Source of the DNA: Candidatus Omnitrophota bacterium | GTDB lineage: Bacteria; Omnitrophota; Gorgyraeia; Tantalellales; Tantalellaceae | Assembly (NCBI GenBank): GCA_015231405.1 | Contig: JADGBR010000009.1 | Coordinates: 25,423-89,422 of the forward strand | DNA: 64,000 bases | Direction: 5' to 3' | In this document: positions 1-12,200 of the stretch, in pieces | How positions within the stretch are numbered: position 1 is the stretch's first letter | How the letters are laid out: the number at the start of each line of letters is the position of its first letter | Position numbers and translations under genes: made by a program | Notes under the pieces: generated by a model | What the model saw: the letters and a program-made list of their open reading frames with translations, nothing else | Told to the model about the DNA's origin: nothing | The model's database searches: none

Positions 1-210
1 AGCCATCTTCATCTCCAGAAGCGACCCTGCCCTTATTACCATAATATCTCCTGGATGAGATGTTCTGGCGTATTCCAGCGCTGTTTCACCGATATTCTCA
101 TCGGTCATCATGTTGTCCTTCGTGAGCTCGGAGATATTCATATTGTAAAGGCTGAGGTCACGTATCACCGGGACCATCACCGGCAGATCTATCCGGCTGA
201 GAAAATCCCC
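1..210 (-). other. Start of the shared C-terminal domain in D (the remainder lies beyond the window start)
   Basis: Translation of 300-1 gives IRRISANTSRPVTALTPRKIREIKAGMSDLGDFLSRIDLPVMVPVIRDLSLYNMNISELTKDNMMTDENIGETALEYARTSHPGDIMVIRAGSLLEMKMA. This matches the C-terminal domains of A (FLPVIMPLINDLGLYNMNFSEI), B (LPALPDVSGLKDNGMYYNLEM) and C (LPVMMAEINDLSMYNFNLCDI). Confidence 0.6.
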
Positions 211-3200
211 GAGATCGCTCATTCCGGCTTTGATCTCTCTGATCTTACGTGGGGTCAGCGCCGTGACGGGACGGGAAGTGTTAGCGGAGATACGTCTTAT
301 ACGATCGGCATTATTTTTCATGAATCTCTGGGTTTCCATGCTTTCGAGTTTCTGGATCAGGGCTATCACCGCCTCCATGTGATCTCCACTGTTCTTGTCC
401 AGATCTTCGGCCTTCAATATTCCTATAGAAAAGGTGTTAACCGAACGCGCGCATCCCAAAAGACTTTCCATATTCCTTAGCCTTGCCCTTTCATTTTCCG
501 GGACCGGCAATGGAACAAATAACACACTCGGGACCATATTTAGTTTTTCCGCGGCGTCCGTTGTGAGGAGATCATACCCTTCGACGCCTATGACCATATC
601 CTTTTCAAAAAACACTTCGGGAGTCTCGCTACCCGGAACCTCAGGGCGCCTTTCATCTTTTTCCTCAGGTTTTACCACTCGTTCTCCCGCGAACCGTTTA
701 CCGACAATGATCACCAAAACGGCCAAACTCAAAGCTACGCACAATATCACTAGGGGAAGATGGTTCGAGGCCAGGTTCGCGAATAATCCCGCCGCGTTAT
801 CACTTGCCGCCTGTTTCAGTCCCGCATCCTGGCCAAATAGGAGTGTTGTGAAAGCGTCGGCTACAGGCCCTGCTTTAGTTGCCGATAGCCCGAAATATTT
901 CTCGGCGTAATACAGCGGCATCAGGAAGCATAGATACAGTATGGTAAAGAAAGCTACCCCATATGTCCATAATTGCCTGAACCCGGAATGCCTCATGTAT
1001 AAATACGCCTTATCCCATTTTTCAGCCAGAAAATGCCTGAGCTCATTAAGCGGTTTCAATTCCTGCCGGGCGTATATTCTCTGAGGCAGACGGTCCAACC
1101 CGACCGGAAGTACCTTTTCGGTATATGGCCAGACATTATCGAGCCGCCACCTGATCTGGAACCACATTATTCGCGCCGCCGCGTTCAGGTTAACGAAATA
1201 AAGCGGCATATAGAACGATTTTGACAGATGGTACACGTAATAATATGGGATCAGCCCTATGCGGAGGTGTACTTTAAGCATATTTGACACAAGGACCGTG
1301 GCCATGAGCAATATACCAGAGAGCATCACCGGCAGAAAGACCGATGTTTCGATCATGAAAAAAGCCGTTAACGCTAAAGCGAAGCCAATGACAAAAGTGA
1401 GAAGACCGGGGCGGAAATATCCGTACAGGAATTTATCCCTCTCGGCTTTCAGTGTCTCTATACGGACCTTTATCGCCTCGGCGATAAGGATCCTTCCCCT
1501 GGTGACGGCCCCGTCCAACGGCCGAGACGGGTCCCCATAGTAGTCGGATAACAGGTCCGCGAAGAATACCGGCCTCCCGCCGTCATTTTTTTGTTTATCA
1601 TAATCCCTGTCACCGTGAATAAGCCATTCCCTGAACCTGGATATTACCTCACGGCTCATCCTATCTTTCTCGCGGGGTCCTATGATAGCCGCGTCGGCCC
1701 TTATGGCGTTGATCTCATTTACGGCGTCCTCCAGGTACTTCAAATCCTTGGTTACCCAGTTCGAAACGTCATCCTGTTGGAAATTTCCGGTCGCGCCGGA
1801 TCCTACTTTCAGAAGATCGGCTTCGAATTCATCGATCCTGTCGCCGTAAAAATCCCTTATACCCCTTGTGATCTTCTCGCGGCCTCCTAGCTTATTCTTG
1901 AAAAGCGCGGTCACATTGTGGTAGACCTGATAGAAATAGAACGTCATCATTATGGAAACTCCCACCGAGGCGGCGGCTATGAACCAGATATCCCACGGCA
2001 GCCATGTTTTCATGCTCTCGCTGAAAACGTGTACCATCCCGGATAGCCCCGACGGGTCTCGCGCCAACATGCTCGAAAGAGGCTTTCCGGCCCACAACGC
2101 GGCCCTTTGAAGTATCTCAGCGCCTACAAAAGCCAGGAAGTAGAAAAATGTCACGGCGAAACTGAGTGCCGTAAAAATAGTCGAAGTGAAACCCGAATCC
2201 AGCATTATGTTTATGAAGAAATTCCCCCAGCCGATCTGTTTTATCCTGTCCTCGACCTTTTCGGGCTGTTCTATGAAACCCCGGCGGGCGAGGAATAAGG
2301 TGAACGAACGGCTCAGCCGGTAGCTTAGCAATGCCCCTAGTACGGCGCCAATGGATGTCCCAATGAGCCCCAGGACGATCCCGTTCCTTAATCCCAGTAA
2401 ACCGCCCGCAATGCCCGCTAAGCCGAACGTAAAGAGAGGGATACAGATACTTAGAGACGCGCCGAGTATTGCAGAAGAGGAGACTATCATTATCCACCTT
2501 GACCGCTGCCCGTGCCAAGCGAAACCCATAGGACCTGCCTGTTCCAGTACTGAGGCACCCATGTCTGTATAATAATAGACTCTCTTCCCTCTCTGGCTGA
2601 CTCTCATACCCAGGGCCTTATCCTCGGTAGTATCGTCCCTGGGATGCATACCTAAAGGCTTGAGAATATTCAATTCCGCCATGATCTCCAGCATACGGCC
2701 CTTTGTTTCACCATCCAGATCCTCATGGACGTTTATCCTCGCTTCTTCGAGTATGTCCTCAACCTTACCACGCGCTGTCCTCGTTCCGTCATGTTCATAC
2801 CCTGTCATCGACCTCGACTCGAACCAGTTCGAAAGTCCGTCCAGATGGAATACCGTATGTGTCTTGGATAAACGCATTATCGCTCCCCACCCTCTTTCCC
2901 TCCCCATTCTCACCAGGGACGACGAAAGGATGAAAGCGCCGTAATACCCTATGACCGGCATGAGGATCGTAGTGGCCATCACTATAACGCTCGGGCTGAA
3001 CGCCATAATGGTCTCAACTGAACCCGCTATACCCAGGACCATGCCCACTAATGTCGCGACAAGCGCGATAGGGCTTCTCGGAGCCACCAGGCCGAATTTT
3101 ACCGGTCCCCAGCCGTTATAATCCAGATGAAAGGACTTATTGAGCCCGTAAGGGAGCTGAACCGGCATGCCCTGCATCACGGACGGTCCTTCTCTTTCTC

Positions 3201-6200
3201 TCATCTCCTCTATTATGTATTCCTCCCTCGTGGGATAAACCCCGGCACCCGGCTTAAAGATCTTTTTCATCATATCGCCTACAGGGTCACCGTCCTCGGC
3301 CAGAAATGCCATCTCAACATACCTGTCATATTCTTCCGATATTCTCACGCCCGCGTACAGGTCAATGTTCCACCTTATAGCCTCGTTGTAAAGAGTTCTG
3401 TTCCTCCTTATAAGATTCTCCGGAAGTATATTCTCGGGACGCGCCGTATATGTACCATCATCGTTCCTCTCCATTATCTCACGGGTAAGGCATCCGACCA
3501 GGTTCTTAACGCGTTCATATCCGGCTGAAACCGTCCAATAATGGAAGAGCTGGGGTTCATTGTCCTCGTCAAGTATCTCCCAGATCTCCGGCATGGCCTT
3601 AAGCCCTTCCTGGAAATCGACCAGCATATCCGTGTAAGCCATATTCGTCCCGCTGGGTTTTGATAAAGGCTGGTTCTGCTGGCCCGGCTGGTTCGGTATA
3701 GGCACAGGCTCTGGATGCGTCCTCACGCGCATTGGGTCCATGCCTATTGCCCTGGCCGCCTGCTCTCCGGACGGCACTATATTCATCGCGCCAAGCGTTA
3801 ACGGTATTATGGTCGCGAGCGAAACATTGAACCTGTCGGGCGGGTAATGCCCCTTGGTCACCGCGTGGTCTATACTCCGGGCGGCGCAGCTGGCGGCCGT
3901 CGGCCCGGGCATGGTAGGACGCATGACGTCGATATCCGTAGCCAGTTTCCTGGCCAGGTCCACCACCCCGTTATGTCCCAATTCGTCGTGAATGGCCCGG
4001 AGAATAGCCCTGTTATCAACAACCCCAGGGTCAGCGACAAAACCTGAATAATCAGGCATGCCATCCGCGCCGTTAAGGATACCCGTGCCCGCGAGCAGCC
4101 TCAGGGTCTCTTCCCTTAAAGGAGTGGGCGAAGTTCTGGTTCCTCTTAACCGCCTTATCACGCTGGCCAGAACGGCCGGACCCAGCGAAGAGTTCTTGTC
4201 CGCCCAGGTCGGGTTGTTGAAGAACTGCGGCGGTGTATCCAAAAGATTGAACAGGCTCATCACAAGTTTCACCTGATCGATCCCGTTCAGGTATACGTAA
4301 TGGTAATTCCTTATGGTCCTCCCTTCCGCCCCGGTCTCAGCCTCTTCCGGGGTCTGCGCTTCCACTCCGGCTATTGATTCCGCCACCTGATACTCGCTGT
4401 CGGTAACGAAAGTACGTGTCTCTTTCCAGAAGAACCCGTTCGATTTCAACCAGGGCTTGAGGAACATCGTCGAGATCATGAACGCCGTGCCGCCCGTCAC
4501 AAGGAACATCTTGAAACCCATATTGAGCCATGTCGCGCTTTTGTCTATACCTATCGACAACGGGCCCAGCGTCAGGACCTCAGGCAATAAAGGTATCACA
4601 AACCAGTATAAAGCATGGCTGATAGCCACCAGTATGCCTACCGCGACCAATACCGTCCTCCCATGCCTTTTCAGAACGGTCTCGAGCGCTGACAATGAAC
4701 CAAGCCTACCGTGCTCCACGCTTTCCCTGGCAGCTACATGAGCCCTGTTCCTTTTAGCGTCAAGCGGATCAACGAAACCCTTGATGTTCTCCAAGAGCAC
4801 CGCTGTCTCCCATAATTCGTACGGCACAGTATGGGCGAACAACTCCTTGCTCTCTCTTTTAGTACCAGAAGGCCAGGTCATAACCCTGCCCATCCGGTCT
4901 GTCTCGAGCCCTCCGGCATAGACACCCGACCCCGGCACAATGGCGTCATCGCCGAAGCCTGACAATACGAACCCCCCGGATGTTCCGGCGTTAACGTTAT
5001 TATCATCCTGATTGAACGACAGTTTCCGCCATCCGCCGCCGTTCTTTTCAGGGTACATGTCTTGCACGAGTATCCGCTTATACCGCATCTCGTCAACCAC
5101 CCATACACGCCATCTAAAGTCTGTTTCCCCGCCAGAATCGATCACATGCTCGGCGTCGCCTTTTAGAGCTTGTGCCTCTATTCTGGAGATCGTTATCGTA
5201 TCGAAAATAGCCTGGTACGCCGACAGGTCCGTGGTCAGGCTGTTCACGTCCGGGAGGGGCACTCGCATCGGGATGCCGACTATACTATCGGCCACAAGCT
5301 GTCTCATCCTCGATGTCACGGCGTCATCAGCGGCGTCGGGAGCGATAAGCTTTTTTAACGTTTTTTCGGCTTCGTCAAGATTGTCCAATACCATCTGCAT
5401 GGCCTCGGATTGCGCGCGAGCGTATATTAGCCTTTTCCGGGATACAGACCGGAGAACCTCGTCCCTCAGCCAGAAAAACATGGGAAACCACCGGCGTTCC
5501 AGAGACTTCCATTCTTTTTTGTTGACCGTAATCGTCTTTCTCTCGATCTTCGCCGGCCAGATAAGGCTTATCCCCATTATTATTATCCCTGTAAGCCATA
5601 GATTATTGTTCGGAAAATTCAGGATACCGGCTAACCCCATTGCCCATAACCCAAGAGCGGCTAGCCCCGTGACCATCACACAAAAAGCGGTCCCGGGCCT
5701 GGTGGATTTTCCGGTTTCCCACAAGAGCCAAATGGGTTTGGCCATATTTCCCATATCGGTGGCTTTCTTTGACCGCCTCCCGACATATTTATCTATTATT
5801 TTCACGACCTCGCCTACTCCTTTTTTCCGGGCCTCAAGATCTATCCCGGCCGCTCCAGGGACAGGTGCCGGAGCGGGTGCAGGTGCCCGTGCCGGCGGAA
5901 CTACGGGAGGCACAGGGTCACTATAGGGATGATCTTTACTCCACCGCCATTCGGTTATCTTACGTTTAATAAGCCCCACGCTGAATATTAAAAGCGCCGC
6001 GGCCAGACCGTAAATCGTCATATTCATCATGAAAACTTTCCTCGAGTTGACCTCGTCGGAAATATATGTCAAAGCACCCGGGCTATGGAGGTTAACCATC
6101 GTCACCGCCTGGTCAATTGCCTGGTCCCTCCTCAGGCTTTTCACCTTTTTCGCGTAAACTGTGTCTCCCTTCTCTACCGATACCGCCAGCTCGTAGAGTA

Positions 6201-9200
6201 TCGAATAGATCCTGTCAACGCTTTCTTCCGTTTTCCCGTCAAGATCGTACTTTTTCATTAAGACTTTCACCGCCGATTTAATTCTGTCGTTCCCGGCTAT
6301 TGCCCTTACCTCGCCCTTCAGATCCCCGTATCTCGAATTCGCGGTCTGATCGCCCCAGGCCAGAAGCTTGTATATGACCCGATCCACTTTGACATCCTTT
6401 TGATCCAGCCCCGCCAAGCTGGCTATCATCTCCCTGACAAAGAACACCGTCTCCAGCGCTTTCCTTATTTCGGGACTTTCGCTTGGATCAACTACCCCCT
6501 TGGCCATCATCATCTCATGAACGGCCGCCAACAGATCCTTATTATCATGGCGACCAAGATCGTTATCCGGGTCCATGCCGTTAAGAAAAGCCTGTATCAT
6601 AGAGCCGGCGGCTTCTTCCGGCATGACCTCGAACATGGTCTTTTTATTATCTCCGGGCACTAGCGCCGTTACTCCGTCGGGTACCTCTCCAAGTCTGATC
6701 CTTCTCCCTCCAACGACCATATCGACCCATCTCTCGGCGCTATCCACAAGAACCGTCCTTTCCACTCCTTCCGCTATCCTCTGGAGCGCCATCCCTTTTA
6801 TGAAAACGTCCCCGTCGAACGTGCTGGATGAGCCCCTGCCGATCGATATCCTTATACCGAGTTCGGATATCTTCCGCGGATCGACCTTTTTCTGGAACCC
6901 GGGCCTCACCCTCACCGTTATCCAATTCTCTCGGTTGTTCTCGCGGTTCCCCTCAGTTATGTTTATGGTGAATCCCGTACTCAGCTCGCTCTCTCCGGTC
7001 TTTATGTTCACCCAATTCCCTTCATGTCTCGCTTGATCGCCATACCAGCCTTTATTAGCGCATGACGCCTCCAGACCGTTGGATATTATCCTGTTTTCTC
7101 CCAGAAAGTCGACATCCCCCTCTTTGCCGTCGAACCTCAACTGATAAACGAATTCCCAGTTCCTCAGGTCAAGCGTCCCGTCAGGGTCTACTTTTAGTTC
7201 ATCGTGCGTATTTTCGGCGCCGGCTAATAATTCCGACAACGGCATGTACAACGAGGCGCAGCGGGTCTTCTCGCTCCCACCTATCCGCACATGATATCTC
7301 AGCACGCCTCGGTTCGCCTGGGGATCCCACCCCGGGACCTGTTCCATATTGTCCATGTTTCCGGGTCCGGCTTCGCTAAAACCCTTTAATTCGGTCCGGT
7401 CCGTATATACCGCCGAATCGAAATATGGTATGGGGGTCTTAATACCGCGCCACGCGACGAGACTGGCGAGTTCGCTGTTTATCTGATAGTATTTATCGTC
7501 GGCTATTTCCCTGCTTATTTTGCCTTCCTTGACAGCCTCATCCAGTATATTCCCTATGGCGATCATCTTCGCCGTCACTATGAACGGCGCGGAAAGTTTC
7601 ACTTTGCGCCATTGCTTCATGACGTAGTCCTCGCTCTCCCCTTCGTACATCGCCCTGAAAGCTCCGTCCGGTTCTTCCCTGCCCATCATATTTATCTCTT
7701 CGCTCACCCATCCCTTGAGATAATCGACATCCCAGTTATTCTTCAGCTGCTCGATAAGGTAGTTCAATACCGCGGCGTACGAATGCCCTTCAGCATACTG
7801 AACGAGGCCAAGAAGAGCCAGGGGAGCCCTTACCAGATACTGGATCTCGGTCCGTTTCACCCCTTCGGACACCTCCGAGCTTATGATCTTATATATCTCT
7901 ACTACTTCGTAACGGTCGATCTCGGTCACCTTCCTCCCATCCCTTTCCGTATCCCTCGTCGACCCCTTTATTTTTATCCGGATGTCCGGAGAGATCAGGG
8001 AAACCCCGTAAAAATATCCGGATCTCCCCGGAACACAGTCTCCGGGAACGCTTATACTGAATTTTTTCCCGTCATGCTCAATAACGCAGAAATACTTAAC
8101 CACTATCTCTCGCGATGTATCTGCGGCCAACCCGTTAAAGTCAACACCCTCAACCTCACATTCCGGATCGGCTTCCATTTTCCCTCTGGCGACCCTTATC
8201 CTGAAAATTTTCCCTTTATCGGGCGAATTGTCGTCGTCGATACGCATGTACGCCGTTTTTGGGTCGTTAGGATCATCGTAAGCGAATGTCTCCAGCCATC
8301 TCTCTTCACCCTGAGAGAGCCCTTCCGGCGAATACGTGATGCCGAAAATACCTCCCAGTATCTTCTTATCTCCTCCGGGAACGGGCGTCATTACATCCCG
8401 GAACTTCTTGAGAGGGGTAATTCCTTCTATATCGGTGCCTTTAAGCACCGCCCTTACTTTCATTTTCACCCCGGGTTCGTTGACACTCGAGCCAAAGAAC
8501 TCGCTCTCCCTGTCGTGAGGGGCATCGGCAGGAATTACGAACCTATACTTTTTTCCCGCGACCGTGTGCGGCTTAAAATATCTGACCGCCTTTTCACCCG
8601 AAGCGTCAACCTCACCGTTACCTTTAAATACAACTCCCGTGACCTCTCTTTCGGCCTCCGGCTCCATTTTCCTGCCCAGGACATCAATGCGGAATATCTT
8701 ACCTTTATCGGGGGATAACTCATCGCTGACAATGACATATGCTTTGGAAGGATCCGCCGTATTGTCATAACCGAATTTCCTGAGCTCCTTAGCCGTGCCG
8801 GAGACACTGCCGTCGAGCGCGTATGTCAATCCCGAGAATTCCCCTATCGTGAGGGTCTTCTCATCGCCTTCTTTTTCCGGGAAGAACAGAGCGGCGAAAG
8901 TGGTCTTACCCGCCTCCATGGTGTACTGGATCTTCGGGTCCCTGATATCGTCATACCCGATCCATTTAATGACCGCGTCCTTATCGGGCGTGCCTTTAAC
9001 CATGCTTGTCACGCCGTCCGTCTCAAAAAGAGACAGCTCTCTTATGACAAGCCCCGTCTTACCGGCATTCATATCGTAAAATGCGAGATAATAACTCCCG
9101 GTCTCCTTGTCCTCTATGAACTGGAGGGTAAGATCGGCGTTATAGCCGTAGTTGACAAGAACATCCCCCTCGTCTTTCACCTCACCCTCTTCCAGCTCGG

Positions 9201-12200
9201 CTGAGGCGAGTTTTTTTATGGTTATTGGCTTACCGTCCACGAGGATATACACGAACACCTCGCCGGCCTTCACCTTATTCGCTTCGACCTCGGGGGAACC
9301 CGTTCCGTATTTTTTGTAGTAGTGTATTACCTCCAAGCCGTCCTTGGCCATTTTCTTCGCCGCGAATTGATAGATCACCTTCCTGTCAACGTCCTTGACC
9401 CCGCCTTTCCCGTCAAGCTCAACGCCTTTTAACTGGGCGATCACCGGCCCGCCGAAGGAAGACGACAGAAAAACGTCTCCGGCGGCATTCTTCCCCTGGA
9501 TAACCTCGGGAGAATTCGCCGTCATTTCCTTGTAATAACCGGATGCGTCCCATCCATAAAGGTATATTGTCTTCTCAACCGACTCCACGGTCCCGTCAGG
9601 TTTGATCTTCACGCCCGCGCATTTCCTTATAAGTGAACTCTCGTCGTCCTTGTCCAGATATACGAAAGCTTCTCCTTCCCGGATCGAAGCGTCCGGCCCG
9701 AGGACATACGGGGATCGCGCGCCGTGGACAACTAAGAACAGTTTTCCGTCCGGGCTCTTCGCGAAAAGATACATCGTCTCTTCATTTATCCCTATACATT
9801 CCTTCCAGTCCTTTGTCGGGTCGTAATACACCTCGGCTATTGTCCGGCCGGGGACCAACACGTCCGGCTGGTACATTTTATAGATGGGCCTCGCCTCCGG
9901 CTTATGTTCCCGATCGGTCTTTTTGTCGATGAACTCATGCCTGTATATGTAAGGCGAAGCTTCGGCCTGTCTATATTCGGCTACAAGTACGCCGAGCCCG
10001 TCGGGAAGGACCCTATTGACGCTGTTCATCTTCATGTTGTATCTTTCCGCGGATAGTTTCGTGAATTTTTCGTCCACCATAAGGAGGTTGTCGTGTTCCT
10101 TTACGACGATATCATAAACGTACCAGACTTTGTCTCCGCTCATACGTTCACAGCGTTTAACGGGTATCCCGCTCGGGCCGTTTATGTACGTGACCTCTAT
10201 CTTCTTCGCCTCTTTTGTACCGTCGGCGTAGGTTATTTCTACCTTTCTGTTATGGACAAGGCCCGTCACGACGTCTTCCTCATAATCAACAAGAGTTATT
10301 CTTCTTATCTCTTTTGCCGCGGCGCCTCTTCGTACGGCAGGGATACCCGCCGCTCCACCGGCGGGAGGGACCCCTATGACCGGTGTTCCCGGCACCCTGA
10401 CCGCTCCCGGAGCCGGCTTCAGCGCGGGAGCCGGCGCTCTACCCCCGGTGGCTTGTCTTAAAACCGCCCGGAGCGATCCCAGCCACGCCTCCCTTTCGTC
10501 TTCGTTCCTCCACGTACGGTCATCGAGCCCGGTGTTCCAATTCCATACCGCTATCCCTTCGATACCGTTATCCGATGCGAGGCTCAAATACTCATCTATT
10601 CCGGTCGGATCCGAACCCGCCGCGGTCGAAAGCTCCTCGATCCTTACGGGAACTCCCTCGTCCTTGAATGTTTTTATCGTCGCCAGGAGCGCCGCCCTCG
10701 CCTCCCTCCCGAACCTGTCGGCGTAATGGTGTATGGCCGCGTAATCCAGCATCCTCACTTCCTCGCCGTTCACCGTTCCCGTCCGTTTAAAAAGTGCGGC
10801 GATAAGGTCGATATATTCCGAGGTCCCTTCCTTTTCGGTATTAACGCTCATCGTAATAAGCTTGCCGGGGGCCAGTTCTCTGATGGTTGCGGCCACTTTC
10901 CCGGCGTATCTCTCAAAAAGGTTTACAGGAAGCTTCGTTTGTTCTATCTCGTTGAACAGGTCGAACCCTTTAAGGGCTTTATGCCCGCCAAACTCACGAA
11001 GGAACGGTTCAAGGAAATCCGAGACAAAAGCGTCAAGCGTCGCCTCGTCCTTCAAAAGCGCGTCCCTGCCGAAAATACGCACTCCTTTGTCGTTCTTCCC
11101 CGGGAACGCCGATTGGTGGTCCAGCACACAGAATTCTATTCGCATACCCAGGCTATCGGCAATGTCCAGGAGCGCTTTCATGTCTTCCTTGAACCTGATA
11201 TTCAGCCCATACGGTACCTTGAGCTTCCCGTTCTCGTCCAACAAAGCGCGCCCGTCGGCGACAAGGTTCATACGCACAAAAGTCATCCCGCTCTCTTTCA
11301 TCGCGGCGAGGTCCCTCCTTACTTCGACTGTATGCCTTGATATCCCGTTCCCGTTCTTATACCAGAGGGTCGTTCCGAAATTCTGGCCGTACCCCGCCGG
11401 CCCGTTATAATTCACCCCTACTTCAGGAAGAGCGGCGCCGGAAGCGGCGGGGGCCTGTAGCATAGCAACGGACATCTGGGGCATAAAGAGCCCTATGAGA
11501 CCCATCCCGAGGTTAACTCCGTTATCGAATTCCCTCCTAATAGAAGAGCGCCTAGCCTCCGACAGCATTTCCTCCGGGACATTTTCCGAAACACCTCTTC
11601 TCCCCGGGAAAGCCCTCATATCGAGGCCGGCACTCTTGTTCCAGAGATCCTCGATCCACGTGTTCCTGGCGGGCGACACCTCATGGCACCTGTCCCTGAA
11701 ATCATCTTTCCACGGCTTTTTAGTCACTTTCCCGGGAACAGACGGGTCATATTCGAGATCAACGGTCTCTACTACAATGAATTTTCCTTTATATACTATG
11801 CCGGTCGATATCTTCATGGGTTTACCTTTGAACCGGCTGGTCTTCGAATACTCGAATTTTTTGTATTCATACACCGTTGTCCCGTCCGGAAGCGTTACGG
11901 GTATCTTCTCGAGGTCCGTAACAACACTCCCGGTCTCCGCGTCTTTATGTTTGAAGAACTCATGAAGCCGGTTGGATTCAATGGTGTGGAACCTTGTGAA
12001 AAGAGTATGTATCTCGGCCGGAGACCCGGAACCGAGTATTATCTCCCGTTCATCCTTATCTCCCTCGTAATCGAACGAAGTGGTCTCGGTTTCGTCCACC
12101 CAGTTCATATCGTATTTGTGTTCTTTTTTGTTCACATGGTCGGGAATAATGTGCTGGCTGAGATATTCTATGGCGTAATCTATCGGGTTCTTCCCGTTCT

